A program made the translations under genes and the position numbers. From positions 1 to 32,661 of the IMG/VR virus record IMGVR_UViG_3300014202_000273: 32,661 nt of DNA; one strand, 5' to 3'. This document shows positions 14,085 to 24,632 of the stretch, piece after piece (positions within the stretch are counted from its first letter, which is position 1; the number at the start of each line of letters is the position of its first letter). The notes under the pieces were generated by a model that worked only from the letters and a program-made list of their open reading frames with translations, searched no databases and had not been told where the DNA came from. Origin of the DNA: a virus. Its lineage: Duplodnaviria; Caudoviricetes.

Positions 14085-15719
14085 ATGGCAAACGAAATGG
14101 TAGCGGCACCCGACCCGCAGATAGTAGAGAAATTGCATCAAGAGTTAAAAAAGCGTTACAAAGCGGCAAAGGGTATCGCAGACTTGTGGCAGTCTATCCT
14201 GCAAGCCTCATTCTTTTATGCCGTACCGTTTCGTAACCGTTTTTATGAACCTAGCCCTTCGTTTCAAGGAAACATGAAGAACGCAAGGTTGTATGACACA
14301 ACAGCGGTTGAGGCTACTCAAACATTCGTTTCTAAATTGCAAGACACCATGACACCCCCACAAACGCAATGGGGTTATCTTGAAGTCGATGAAACAATGG
14401 TTGATGACCCAGAAGACCCCACAACGATCATGATGTTGCAAGATGCGCAGATGAAGCTAAACACTTACATGCGCAAAATGTTTAATTACATCCATACGTC
14501 CAACTTTGATGTGGTTATTAACGAGTGTTATTTTGATTTAGCTATTGGCACCTCGTCACTGGTTATCAATCAAAATACTGACAGATGCCCATTCCTTTGC
14601 ACAAGTATCCCTATCGATAAATTATGTATTGAGGAAGCCGTTGACGGCAAAATCCGTACATGGTTTAGAACTTGGCAAGAGATGAAAATATCTGAATTGA
14701 ACACTCGCTGGCGCAAGATCATTCTAACGCCTGAAATGGTTCAAGAGATGATGGCTAACTCAGATGCTAAAGTACGTCAGCTTTATGAGGGTGTTGCTTA
14801 TTTCCCTAATGAGTCTAAGCCCTACCTATACTCAGTCTGGACCGATAGCGCATTGCTCTATTCTGAATGGTTAGAGTCGAACCCAGGCATTGTCTGGCGC
14901 TGGCAGAAAACCAATAACGAAACATGGGGGCGTGGTCCAGTCATGACCGCATTACCATCCATTATCAGTTTAAACGAGATGGCGCGCGTTGAATTGGCGG
15001 CGGCAAACTTAAACGTGTTCAGACCGTACATGGGCTTTTCCGATTCTGTGTTTAACCCCCACACGTTTCGCTTAGAGCCATTTACGGTTATCCCTATCGC
15101 ACCTATCGGCACGGGTGGTCAATTGCCATTAGTGCCGTTGCCTGGATCTTCTGACGTTCAATTCACACAGCTAACAATTGCCGATTTGCGAATGCAAATC
15201 ATGCGATTGCTATTTGCTGAAAGCCCTAGTGATTCAGCTAGCGTCCAGCCACAAACGGCTTACGAGTTAGCATTGAAACAGCAAACGCTGGCGCAAAAGA
15301 TTGGACCGTTGTTTTCTCGTTTACAGCAGGAATTTTTAGAGCCAGTCTTTGAACGCTTTGCGCATATCCTGCATGTCATGGGTTTATTACCAAGACCAAA
15401 AATCGGTGATCTTGAAATCAAATTCAAGTACAAGTCACCACTAGAGTTAGCGAAAGGTCAGCAGGATATTGCTCGCCTAACGCAATTCGTGCAGTTGATG
15501 CAGGGAATCATGGGACCACAGGTTACTCAGATTTACATGAACCCCAAAACGACACCGTACTTGATGGCAAGCGCATTACAAATTGACCCTCGTTATCTAA
15601 ACAAAGTTGATGAAGTTGCCGCAGTTATGCAGGGCGTTCAAGACAAGCAAAGCATGATCGATGCGTCAGGCATGACCCCTGAGCAACCCCAAAACCCTAG
15701 CGAGCAAATGATTCAATAA
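14085..15719 (+). CDS. Portal / head-tail connector (T7 gp8-like)
   Basis: LYDTTAV, DLAIGT, RW....E.WGRGP...ALP, TA.E, GP..SRLQ.EFL.P, Y.SPL motifs. Confidence 0.95.
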   Translation: MANEMVAAPDPQIVEKLHQELKKRYKAAKGIADLWQSILQASFFYAVPFRNRFYEPSPSFQGNMKNARLYDTTAVEATQTFVSKLQDTMTPPQTQWGYLEVDETMVDDPEDPTTIMMLQDAQMKLNTYMRKMFNYIHTSNFDVVINECYFDLAIGTSSLVINQNTDRCPFLCTSIPIDKLCIEEAVDGKIRTWFRTWQEMKISELNTRWRKIILTPEMVQEMMANSDAKVRQLYEGVAYFPNESKPYLYSVWTDSALLYSEWLESNPGIVWRWQKTNNETWGRGPVMTALPSIISLNEMARVELAAANLNVFRPYMGFSDSVFNPHTFRLEPFTVIPIAPIGTGGQLPLVPLPGSSDVQFTQLTIADLRMQIMRLLFAESPSDSASVQPQTAYELALKQQTLAQKIGPLFSRLQQEFLEPVFERFAHILHVMGLLPRPKIGDLEIKFKYKSPLELAKGQQDIARLTQFVQLMQGIMGPQVTQIYMNPKTTPYLMASALQIDPRYLNKVDEVAAVMQGVQDKQSMIDASGMTPEQPQNPSEQMIQ

Positions 15720-15728
15720 CGAGGCAGT

Positions 15729-16058
15729 ATGTCAGACCAAAACATAGTTAATCCGTACTTAGAGCCGACTAATTACTTTGATGGCTATAACGAAAGCGTC
15801 CAAAAGCTAAAAGAAAATCCAGCATTGTTGGAGTTTTCAAAATTATGCTATGAGGTGCTACACCATAACGAGCAAGGAAAAATGTTACTTAATTTCCTTA
15901 AAACAAATTATGTAATCCCCAGCCTTGTTAACATCAATGCACCCCAGTACAAAGAGCAATGCGTTTGGTCAGAGGGTTATAAAGACGCTTTTAGGTTATT
16001 ACTTAAAGCAGTCGATACGCATATCGAATACATCAAGACGGAGACAAAAAGCACATGA
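15729..16058 (+). CDS. Hypothetical protein between portal and scaffold (Bbp19-like)
   Basis: GK.LL..L....EG pattern and synteny. Confidence 0.7.
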   Translation: MSDQNIVNPYLEPTNYFDGYNESVQKLKENPALLEFSKLCYEVLHHNEQGKMLLNFLKTNYVIPSLVNINAPQYKEQCVWSEGYKDAFRLLLKAVDTHIEYIKTETKST

Positions 16059-16750
16059 CAGATGAAGTAATACCGAATAGTGGAGAAACGCCAAATACGC
16101 CAGATCCAAGCTGGTTTATAGAAGACAATATGCCTGGGACTGGTGATCGCCCGCAATGGCTTCCTGAAAAGTTTAAGTCTGTAGCAGATATGGCAACAAG
16201 CTACTCTGAATTGGAAAAGCGAGTTGGCACGGCACCCGATGATTACGATATGTCGAAATCCAAATATATCGATTCCGAATATGCACCTTTTCAAGAACTG
16301 AAAGAACTAGCCAAGTCTAAGCGCGTTCCAGCCGAAGTCATGGATAAAATGCTAGAGTCAGTCGATAAATACCTCGATGAGTTTTCAATTGACTATAAAG
16401 AAGAATTTAAAAAGCTAGGTGACAATGCCAAAGAGAGATTAGAAACTTTGGATAATTGGGCTAAAGCCAACCTAAGCCCCGAGTCGTTTGAAGCATTAAC
16501 TAGCAATATGAAAAGCGCAGATACCATTAAAGCACTAGAAGAGATAAGGAATAAAATGATGTCAAACGGTGTAGTCGTTCCAAGCGGTAATGAAAGCTCA
16601 GCTACCAATACATACACGGTTGCCGATCTCCAAGAAGAAATGACAGCGAATATCGACAAATACAAGACTGACCCTAAATACCGTGCCGAGATGGCTCGCA
16701 AAATCGAGATAGCCTCCAAGACGTCAGGTTATGTTGACAAGAATATGTAA
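16055..16750 (+). CDS. Capsid scaffolding protein (T7 gp9-like)
   Basis: RPQWLPEKF....MA.SYSELEK, WAK.NL, Y..DP.YR motifs. Confidence 0.88.
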   Translation: MTDEVIPNSGETPNTPDPSWFIEDNMPGTGDRPQWLPEKFKSVADMATSYSELEKRVGTAPDDYDMSKSKYIDSEYAPFQELKELAKSKRVPAEVMDKMLESVDKYLDEFSIDYKEEFKKLGDNAKERLETLDNWAKANLSPESFEALTSNMKSADTIKALEEIRNKMMSNGVVVPSGNESSATNTYTVADLQEEMTANIDKYKTDPKYRAEMARKIEIASKTSGYVDKNM

Positions 16751-16764
16751 CATGTTGCTATAAT
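16734..16764 (+). promoter_or_regulatory. Capsid promoter TTGACA-N19-TATAAT with extended -10 TG
   Basis: Both hexamers are consensus; the spacer is 19 bp. Confidence 0.7.
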
Positions 16765-16907
16765 AATATCCAATCTCACGGGTTACTGACGCAATCCGTG
16801 GGAAGGATAACTTTCCATGCGGAACCCTTTCAGGACAATTCCTCATGACATGGCAAGCCCTAAATCTAGTCAAGACACTTTATTGATTAAATTATTAGGG
16901 GAACACC

Positions 16908-17738
16908 ATGTCCACTTCCTTAACAGTAGTACAACAGATTGAGTTTGATGCGCTTGTTAAAGCCGAATACCATTCCCGTGGCTTTTTGCTACGCGACACC
17001 ATCCGTATGCGCCGTGATGTTATTGGTGCATCCATTGAGTTTAGAAAAGTAGGTCAGGTTATCGCCGTTCCTACTGGCTACTTGCAATCGGTAACGATTC
17101 AAGACCCAGGCTACAACAAAGCAGTAGCAACCCTCTTGAAGTATACCGCCCCAACCGCAGTCGATAGCGTTCAGGAATTGACGGTTAACTTTGATGCCAA
17201 GATGGAAAATGCCATGTTGGTTGCAGATGCTTTAGGTCGTCGTTCAGATCAAATCACGATTGACGCCTTAGCCGCTGATGTAGGTTCAACGATTGTTGAT
17301 GGTGGTACGAACTTCACCTACACCAAATATACCCGCATGATGGAATTTTTTGAAAATAACGCCGTTCCGTTAGGCGAACGCTTTGTTGCAATGTCAGCTT
17401 CTAACTTCCGAAGCTTACTTGCCGCTGACCAGTTCGTTTCGACCTTCTACACACAGAATCGCGTGTTAGATAGGGCTTTCGTAAAAGAATACTTAGGTTT
17501 TAACTTAATCATCATCCCAGAAATGACCGAGGGTGGTTTGCCTAAGACTGGCAATATCCGTACCGCATTAGCTTGGCACCGCCAATCAACAGGTATGGGT
17601 GTAGGTCACGATTTCAGAACCGAAATCAACTACCTGCCACGCGAAACCTCATGGCTCATTAACGGTATCTTCTCTGCTGGTGCAGTCGTTATTGATAACC
17701 GCGGTACGCTCGCAATTAACTGTGATGAAAGCGTCTAA
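16908..17738 (+). CDS. Major capsid protein
   Basis: Follows the scaffold. F...V...Y....LR, ALGRR.DQI.IDAL, YLGF..I, EINY.P...SWL motifs. Confidence 0.92.
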   Translation: MSTSLTVVQQIEFDALVKAEYHSRGFLLRDTIRMRRDVIGASIEFRKVGQVIAVPTGYLQSVTIQDPGYNKAVATLLKYTAPTAVDSVQELTVNFDAKMENAMLVADALGRRSDQITIDALAADVGSTIVDGGTNFTYTKYTRMMEFFENNAVPLGERFVAMSASNFRSLLAADQFVSTFYTQNRVLDRAFVKEYLGFNLIIIPEMTEGGLPKTGNIRTALAWHRQSTGMGVGHDFRTEINYLPRETSWLINGIFSAGAVVIDNRGTLAINCDESV

Positions 17739-17768
17739 ACCTAAACGAACTTTAAAGGAGCTTTAACA

Positions 17769-18560
17769 ATGGCTTTTCTTATTCAAAACTGGTCCCGCCA
17801 GTCAGTCGCATTAAACACTGGCAAGACGGATGTTGATGGTGCCGCTTATGGCGGTCCAGCAATATTCACATACCGTTCCGCTACTGATGACGTTGCAACG
17901 ATTTCAGCCGCTAACTACTTTGCGCCTGATGCCGCTGTATACGATTTATCGGTTGGCGATATCATCATGGGCTTAGGTAGTGATGCAAGTTTTGCATTAC
18001 AAGTATTAACCTTAGACCGTGAAGCAAACACGATTACCACTGGCAGTATGGGCTTAACGACTTCAATCGGCACAGCCAATATTGTTGATGGTGCAGTAAC
18101 CACCGCAAAGCTAGCCGATAACGCCGTAACAAGCGCAAAGCTAGCTTTAAACGTATTGCAATATGCCGCAGTAGCCGTTTCCTCTGCTGATTTCTTAGGT
18201 ATGTATGCAACACCTAAGTTATTAGTTGCGGCTGGTGGTGCAAATACATTAATCGTTCTCGACAAAGTTGATTTACTGATGACCTATAACTCTGCGGCTT
18301 ATGCGGCTGGTGGTGTAGTAGCAGTTCAGTATGCAAACACGGCGAACGGTGCAGGTGTTATTGCTTCCACAACTTTAGCGGCGGCTTCATTCCAAGCAAC
18401 TGCGAGCACAGGCTTTATGTTTAATACTGGTGTTGTGGCTCAGACGTTTACAACCTGCGTTAACCAAGGTTTGTACTTGTCAAATATCACAGGTGAATTT
18501 ACAACTGGTAACTCAGCGTTCGTTGCGCATTGTTGGTACAAGGTAATTCCAAGCATCTAA
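17769..18560 (+). CDS. Capsid decoration / head-fibre-like protein
   Basis: Post-capsid gene with YRSATD..ATI.AANYF and D.AVT.AKLA repeats. Confidence 0.7.
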   Translation: MAFLIQNWSRQSVALNTGKTDVDGAAYGGPAIFTYRSATDDVATISAANYFAPDAAVYDLSVGDIIMGLGSDASFALQVLTLDREANTITTGSMGLTTSIGTANIVDGAVTTAKLADNAVTSAKLALNVLQYAAVAVSSADFLGMYATPKLLVAAGGANTLIVLDKVDLLMTYNSAAYAAGGVVAVQYANTANGAGVIASTTLAAASFQATASTGFMFNTGVVAQTFTTCVNQGLYLSNITGEFTTGNSAFVAHCWYKVIPSI

Positions 18561-18574
18561 GTCTAATCAGGAGC

Positions 18575-18598
18575 GGGCGTTAATCTCATTTAACGCCC
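18575..18598 (+). terminator. Hairpin after the head genes (weak terminator or stabiliser)
   Basis: GGGCGTTAA-TCTCAT-TTAACGCCC, with no clear U-tract. Confidence 0.5.
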
Positions 18599-18622
18599 TA
18601 ACTGACACTAAGGGTATCCATA

Positions 18623-19225
18623 ATGGCAGTAAATAAAACTTCTATCGTTTCTCAAGCTGTCCAGATCATGGGGCATAAGCCCATTCAGACTTTAGACAAT
18701 GCAGACGATATGGTCATTGCGGCAGAGCAAGCTTATGACATGCTATTGCCAGCCGTATTGAGTGCAGGAAACTGGCGGTTTGCGACGCAAATTGCACAGC
18801 TATCAAAATCAGTAGAAACACCACCACCGAATACTTATTGGACCAGCATTTACTTATTACCCGCTGGTTACTTAAAAAATACCCGTATATGGCCACAAAA
18901 CTACGATTATGAGATTTACGAAAATAATCGGCTGTATACCAATTGGGGCGGTCAGGCTATGTACATGGAATACATGTTTGTGCCGGACGTTTCTCGATTA
19001 ACCCCGTTATTCATTAATTATTTTGTTTATGAAATTGCGGCACTTTTGGCACTAAATACCGCACAAAAGCCAGAATACTATCAAGTCATTGAAGCAAAGC
19101 GCATACAAATGTGGGCGCTGGCGGCGGCGGCAGATGCGCAAAACAGACCTAACTTTAGTCAGATTAACTTCCCTGCACTAAACAGGCGTGACATTGGCGG
19201 CTTGATTGGCAACGCAATTGGCTAA
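18623..19225 (+). CDS. Tail tubular protein A / adaptor (T7 gp11-like)
   Basis: I.S.A....G..PI..L, W.FA....L, Y.LP..YL motifs and synteny. Confidence 0.88.
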   Translation: MAVNKTSIVSQAVQIMGHKPIQTLDNADDMVIAAEQAYDMLLPAVLSAGNWRFATQIAQLSKSVETPPPNTYWTSIYLLPAGYLKNTRIWPQNYDYEIYENNRLYTNWGGQAMYMEYMFVPDVSRLTPLFINYFVYEIAALLALNTAQKPEYYQVIEAKRIQMWALAAAADAQNRPNFSQINFPALNRRDIGGLIGNAIG

Positions 19226-19237
19226 TTGAGGAATCAA

Positions 19238-21745
19238 ATGCCTAACGAATTATGGTCTCAAGATTCATTCTCTAAAGGCGAATTATCGCCATACATGTAT
19301 GCCAGAGTCACCGTTCAGCAATACTATAACGGTTTAAAAACCGCATTGAATGTTTTGTGCTACCCACAAGGCGCGGCTGGTAAACGCTTTGGTACGCTCT
19401 ACAATGCCACGCTAACGGGTGTCACTAGCGCAAATGATATCTTTTTTCAAACCTTCCAATACCTGAATGAGTGCGTTTATCAGATTTTATTCAAGCCTAA
19501 TGAAATTGATATTTTCCTTGAAGGAATATTAATTGCTAATGTGGTAGGAACAGCATTAACTGGCTCGGATATATTCGACCTGGACTACACGGTTTTAGAT
19601 AACCGATTCAGAGTGTCAGGTCAGGGGTTGGTACCCACTGATTTAATTCGTGGACCAAACGGGGCTAATCCAATTATCAGTGTAGCGAGTAACGAATTTA
19701 CATTTACGACACCGATCACAGCAGGATTAGTGTTGCCAATTCGTTTTACCACAACAGGCACATTGCCTGTTACCGTGCCACAGATCAGGGCTGGTATTAC
19801 CTATTTTGGTTTTACGACTTCAACAACCACAATGAAGTTATACAAGACTGCGCCAGACGCAAAAGCAGGTTTGAACCCATACACTATTTCGACTGCTGGC
19901 ACAGGCGTTAATAATATTTTCTTACAAAACGCCTGGACGTTTGTGCCAGTCGTCTTTAGAAATCGTCCAGTGTTTGATTTTGATGGTGGCTATGATGCCA
20001 TGACGTTTACCCCGTCAGCGGCTAGTGGTGCGGCAGTCACATTAACCTCTAGCGCGGCGATCTTTACCATGGCGCATGTCGGTGGTGCCTTTAATGGAAA
20101 CGGTGGTGTAGCACGAATTACGGGCTTTACGAACTCGACAAACGTGACGATTGCCGTTGATGTTCCTTTTGATTCAACCGCGCCTATTGCTGGGATTTTA
20201 AGTTTATTAAGAGAGCCAGCATGGAGTACCGCAAGGGGGTGGCCGCAAAAATGTTCTAGCTTTCAAAACAGAGCATTGTTTGCAAATAGCGAGTCGCTTT
20301 GTAATGGATTCTGGGCAAGCGCGATTAATGACTATAACGACTTTAACGACTTACAAACTGATGATGATGATGCGATTAGCTGGTACCCATCCTCAGATGA
20401 AGTAAACTTTATTAAGTTTATTGTGCCTTACCGCAGTATCACAATCCACACAAACACAGGCGTATTCTCGAGTCCGTTGTCAGTACAAAGCGCGATTACA
20501 CCAAAAACATTTTCATTGGATTTGCAGGAAGCGACCCCTGCTGATCGTGTACAGCCAAGACCCATCGATAACCAAATTATTGTTGTATCAGGCAATGACG
20601 TACACACTATGATCTGGGAAGGTATCAACAATGCCTACACTTCAAGCATTGTCTCGTTAACAAGCGAGCAATTAATCAGAGACCCCGTTGATGAAGCTCC
20701 ATTCACAGATTTACGGCGCGCTGGCAGTCGTTACGTTTTTATTATTAATGCTAACGGTTCTATGGCCATTTATCAGACACTTCTAGCCGAGCAAGTATCA
20801 GGTTGGACGCCTAGCATTATGGAGCAATCCTATGGAGATGCTAAATTCCGATACGCGGCTACAAGCGCGTCAGGGCGAGGCTGGTTTATTGTGGAAAGAG
20901 AAATTGCTACGGCTAGCGCGCCAATTGCATTAACTAATAACACATCGACAACTTTAACAGCCGTAGCTAGTAATTTTGCAACCGATGCGGCAACAGCCGT
21001 ACAGTTCACAACGGCAGGTGTTTTGCCAGTTAGCTCACCGCAAATTGCGCTATTAACGTATTATTGGGTAATCGGGGTAACAGCAGATACCTTCAAAGTT
21101 TACTTATCTCAAGCCGACGCTTTAGCCGATGAAAATGCGATTACGTTTACTGATTACGGCACGACAAGCAATGTTGTTCCTTGGCCGTTGGTAGCTACAT
21201 TCTTTTTAGAAGAGCTAACCTTTGAAACGCATTTAGATTGCGCCCAATATTACACTGGCGCGGCAACCGATACCGTAACAGGCTTATCGCGGTTTAACGC
21301 TCAAAACGTAAAAATGGTTGGTGACGGTTTTGGGTTTAGCGCGCAGGGCAATAACAGCGAAGTTGAGTTTGTTGCGCATGGTGAGCCAGTGCAGGTCAGT
21401 GAAGCGTATATCGGCTTTCCAATTCGTACTGTTATGGAACCGATGCCATTGTCGTTAGCGGCTGGTCCGAATGTAAAATCATCAACGCTGACCGAGCCTA
21501 AGCATATCCGTTTTGTACGCTTTATGTTTAATAACACCATTGGTGGCACAATTAATGGCGTTCCGATTGCGTTAAAGCCATTTGACCAAGCTGGCATTGG
21601 CGAACCGCCGGCGCCTGCGCGTGGCGTCTTTGAAATGAGCGTGATGAAAGGGTGGGATGATTTTAACAATCCATCGTATACCATTGAGCATGACGAACCA
21701 TTCAATATAGAATTATTGGGTGTATTTTACACCGTAGAAATTTAA
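19238..21745 (+). CDS. Tail tubular protein B / nozzle (T7 gp12-like)
   Basis: SFSKGELSP...R, GAAGKRFGT, WS..RGWP....FQNR..FA. GAGGA RBS at ATG 19238. Confidence 0.9.
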   Translation: MPNELWSQDSFSKGELSPYMYARVTVQQYYNGLKTALNVLCYPQGAAGKRFGTLYNATLTGVTSANDIFFQTFQYLNECVYQILFKPNEIDIFLEGILIANVVGTALTGSDIFDLDYTVLDNRFRVSGQGLVPTDLIRGPNGANPIISVASNEFTFTTPITAGLVLPIRFTTTGTLPVTVPQIRAGITYFGFTTSTTTMKLYKTAPDAKAGLNPYTISTAGTGVNNIFLQNAWTFVPVVFRNRPVFDFDGGYDAMTFTPSAASGAAVTLTSSAAIFTMAHVGGAFNGNGGVARITGFTNSTNVTIAVDVPFDSTAPIAGILSLLREPAWSTARGWPQKCSSFQNRALFANSESLCNGFWASAINDYNDFNDLQTDDDDAISWYPSSDEVNFIKFIVPYRSITIHTNTGVFSSPLSVQSAITPKTFSLDLQEATPADRVQPRPIDNQIIVVSGNDVHTMIWEGINNAYTSSIVSLTSEQLIRDPVDEAPFTDLRRAGSRYVFIINANGSMAIYQTLLAEQVSGWTPSIMEQSYGDAKFRYAATSASGRGWFIVEREIATASAPIALTNNTSTTLTAVASNFATDAATAVQFTTAGVLPVSSPQIALLTYYWVIGVTADTFKVYLSQADALADENAITFTDYGTTSNVVPWPLVATFFLEELTFETHLDCAQYYTGAATDTVTGLSRFNAQNVKMVGDGFGFSAQGNNSEVEFVAHGEPVQVSEAYIGFPIRTVMEPMPLSLAAGPNVKSSTLTEPKHIRFVRFMFNNTIGGTINGVPIALKPFDQAGIGEPPAPARGVFEMSVMKGWDDFNNPSYTIEHDEPFNIELLGVFYTVEI

Positions 21746-21755
21746 GGATATAAAA

Positions 21756-22247
21756 ATGGAAATCTTGCTCGCCATGCAAGCGGCTGGAATGGTTACAGAC
21801 TGGTTAGCGGCTAGAGACCAAATCAAGATGGGGCGCTTAGGTGCGCGAATGGAGCAAGCTGGTATTGAATCTAATATTGCTATGACCCGTTTACAGTCTG
21901 AGGACGCAAGCCTGCAAGCTATGCGCAAACTTAGACAGACTCTAGCTACCCAAACAGCTATATCTGCCGCCCGTGGCGCTAAAACTGGTGCTGGTACAGC
22001 TTTCTCATTGACCACAGAATCTATTAGCAACTTTAACGATGATGCAAGAGCGCGTCGCATGAACTTGTTAGCCAAAGAAGCTAATTTAAGAGCCGCTGGC
22101 GTATTATCAGGATTGCATCAACTCGAATCTGAAACACAGATTGGTCGCTCAATGACGAATCGGTTTATGAACAATACACCAACAAGTAGCATGGGTGGAT
22201 TCTCTAACACATCATCTGGCGGTAACTTTGGTTTTACCCCTGCATAG
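21756..22247 (+). CDS. Internal virion (ejection) protein, gp14-like
   Basis: Ala/Gly/Gln-rich, in the position after the nozzle. Confidence 0.7.
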   Translation: MEILLAMQAAGMVTDWLAARDQIKMGRLGARMEQAGIESNIAMTRLQSEDASLQAMRKLRQTLATQTAISAARGAKTGAGTAFSLTTESISNFNDDARARRMNLLAKEANLRAAGVLSGLHQLESETQIGRSMTNRFMNNTPTSSMGGFSNTSSGGNFGFTPA

Positions 22248-22256
22248 GAAAATATA

Positions 22257-24632
22257 ATGGCTGAAAAATTACCAGAGTATGAAAGAACGACTGCCATTGA
22301 TGCGCAAGTTTCGGTTCCTGAATGGGGAAAAGTGTTAACTAACTTTGCGCAAAATACAAATATGCTAGGCGATATTGGCGCAACGGTAGCTCAAAACGCT
22401 AGCCAAGAAATTGCTCGTCGTAAAGGTGCTGAGTTGGGGCAGAATCCACGCGGCGATATGCTACCCCCTATTACTGATTTTGATAAAACACTTAAAGAGA
22501 GTTATGAGACACAAGCTCAAGCTACGTTAGGATTGCAGGGCAATCGTTTACTTGCTGATGCTGATATTCAAGTACATAGCGCAAACAGAATTACGCCTGG
22601 ACTAATTGCCAACACTAATAAACAGGTGGCAACAGGATTAAGCAAGATTGCCGAGCAAGCGCCAAGTAATGTAAAGGGTAAATTGCAAGCGCAGTTCGGT
22701 GCGCAGTTATTACAGCAAGATCACCAATACAGAACAAAAATGGTCTCTCAAGAGCGAGAAGATCAACGTAATACGATTATTGCGTCAGGTCGTGAAAATG
22801 CACGGGTGGCTTATGATCTTGCAATGGGTGGCGATTATGAAGCCGCAAAACGATTAGCTGATGATACCAAAAAAGCAAATGATGTTGCCGTTAAAAGCAG
22901 ACTAATCACCAAGCAAGAAGCTGACACAAATTCAGACCCAGTTCGTAAAAATGCTTTAGCAGGTATTTATACCGCTGGCTTAATGCAAGCGCGAAAAGAT
23001 GGTAAAGAAGCTGAGTACCTCAAAAAGTTTGGCGAAGAAAAACCAAGTGATATCAAAAGTTATGATGATTATGAATTTGTAGGAACGTCGTTATTACAAA
23101 ATGTTTCTAGGATGGACAATCTATCGCAACGGAATGCTCAATTAAAGATTGCGCAATTTCAGTTAGCGCAAACGGAAGATATCAATGGTGTTACTGGTGA
23201 AATGATTGCTGATCTTCAAGCAAATACTACGCCAGCTCAGTTTGCTCAAACTATGACTTCATTTGTAAAAGCTAAACAAGCGGCAGATAAAGCCGCAAAA
23301 ACTGCAAACGAAGCCGCCGCCGTTTTTACCGATATTGAAAAATTTCCATTACTTACAAGCGATGAAAAAAACGCCGCATTTAAAATAGCGACTGCCGATT
23401 TTATGAATAAACGCGAGGCAATGGGTGCGCCAGTTTCAGAGCAAGAGGCGCAGACACAAGTAGCCATGAGCGCAGGTGGTACAATTCCTAATTATGTTGC
23501 TGTATTAAATAATAAGCTAAGAAGCACAAACCCTATAGCGATTCAGGAAGCTAGCGCCGCGGTGCGGTACATGTATAAAGCTGATAAAGGTCAAAACTTG
23601 CAAGGCTTGACCGATGAAGCTAAAGCAATGATGTATGCCTACGATTCAATGAAAGACGTATATGACCCAATCGAAGCGGCGCAGAAAGCGCATGAAAAAA
23701 TTTATAATAAGAGCCAAGAACAGCGTGACGCTAACAACGACGCGTATGTAGATTTCAAATCATCTTTGCGTAACAAGGGAATGTCAACTGCACAACACGC
23801 TTTAAAAGTTGCAGATATCCCAAAAGATGCTGTAACAAATATTCCAATGGTTTCTGATTATGCCAGTCAAACATTTGAATCATATTTTAAATTGACGAAT
23901 GGCGATCAAGAAACAGCCGAGAAAATGACCAAAGACCACATGAATCAAGTTTTTGGTATGACTACCGTTAACGGTCGTAAAGAATACGCGTACTTACCAA
24001 TCGAAAAAGTTTTGGGATTGCCAGAAAATTCTAACGGTGCTATTCATGACGATTTAACTGGTCAGGTATTCAAACAGTTTGCTAAAAGCAGAGAAATGTA
24101 TGATGCGGGCAGATCGGACTGGTATTGGGAAATTAAGCCTCGTGTCGATGCCGCTGATGCAGTAAAAGCAAGAACTGAAATCAATGAAGCCAAAGAAGCG
24201 CAGAGAAAAGACCCAGTTAGAGAAGGAATATTTGACGTCAAAGGCATACGTCAAAAGAAATTAGCTAATCAGAAAACAATGGACGAATTTAACAATGGTC
24301 CGCCACCAGTCGCTATTCAAGTATTCAGAGATGGCACACGCAAACAGTTTGAGTTATCGATACAGGCTGATTCAGGGTTAACCCGTACATCAAACTCAAA
24401 TGCCCCGATTGCTGGTGGTTACATTGTTAATTTAAAAACAGCCAATAGCACAATGCCAATAGCTGACCCAATTACTGGAACCATCACATACATTCCAAAT
24501 GCTGATCGTATTCGACGTACTCAACTTGCAACAACGCAACTTTCAACAGGCGAGCAAGTCGATAGTCTAATGAAGCAAGCGATTATGATTCTTGGCAAAC
24601 AAAAGGTATTAGGTCCAATCTATGGAAAATAG
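22257..24632 (+). CDS. Internal virion (ejection) protein, gp15-like
   Basis: 791 aa, helical and Ala/Gln-rich; synteny. Confidence 0.7.
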   Translation: MAEKLPEYERTTAIDAQVSVPEWGKVLTNFAQNTNMLGDIGATVAQNASQEIARRKGAELGQNPRGDMLPPITDFDKTLKESYETQAQATLGLQGNRLLADADIQVHSANRITPGLIANTNKQVATGLSKIAEQAPSNVKGKLQAQFGAQLLQQDHQYRTKMVSQEREDQRNTIIASGRENARVAYDLAMGGDYEAAKRLADDTKKANDVAVKSRLITKQEADTNSDPVRKNALAGIYTAGLMQARKDGKEAEYLKKFGEEKPSDIKSYDDYEFVGTSLLQNVSRMDNLSQRNAQLKIAQFQLAQTEDINGVTGEMIADLQANTTPAQFAQTMTSFVKAKQAADKAAKTANEAAAVFTDIEKFPLLTSDEKNAAFKIATADFMNKREAMGAPVSEQEAQTQVAMSAGGTIPNYVAVLNNKLRSTNPIAIQEASAAVRYMYKADKGQNLQGLTDEAKAMMYAYDSMKDVYDPIEAAQKAHEKIYNKSQEQRDANNDAYVDFKSSLRNKGMSTAQHALKVADIPKDAVTNIPMVSDYASQTFESYFKLTNGDQETAEKMTKDHMNQVFGMTTVNGRKEYAYLPIEKVLGLPENSNGAIHDDLTGQVFKQFAKSREMYDAGRSDWYWEIKPRVDAADAVKARTEINEAKEAQRKDPVREGIFDVKGIRQKKLANQKTMDEFNNGPPPVAIQVFRDGTRKQFELSIQADSGLTRTSNSNAPIAGGYIVNLKTANSTMPIADPITGTITYIPNADRIRRTQLATTQLSTGEQVDSLMKQAIMILGKQKVLGPIYGK

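Noticed and set aside
17700-17769. T7 10A/10B-type capsid frameshift into the next gene
   Set aside because: No slippery site is evident, and the downstream gene has its own AAGGAG RBS and ATG.
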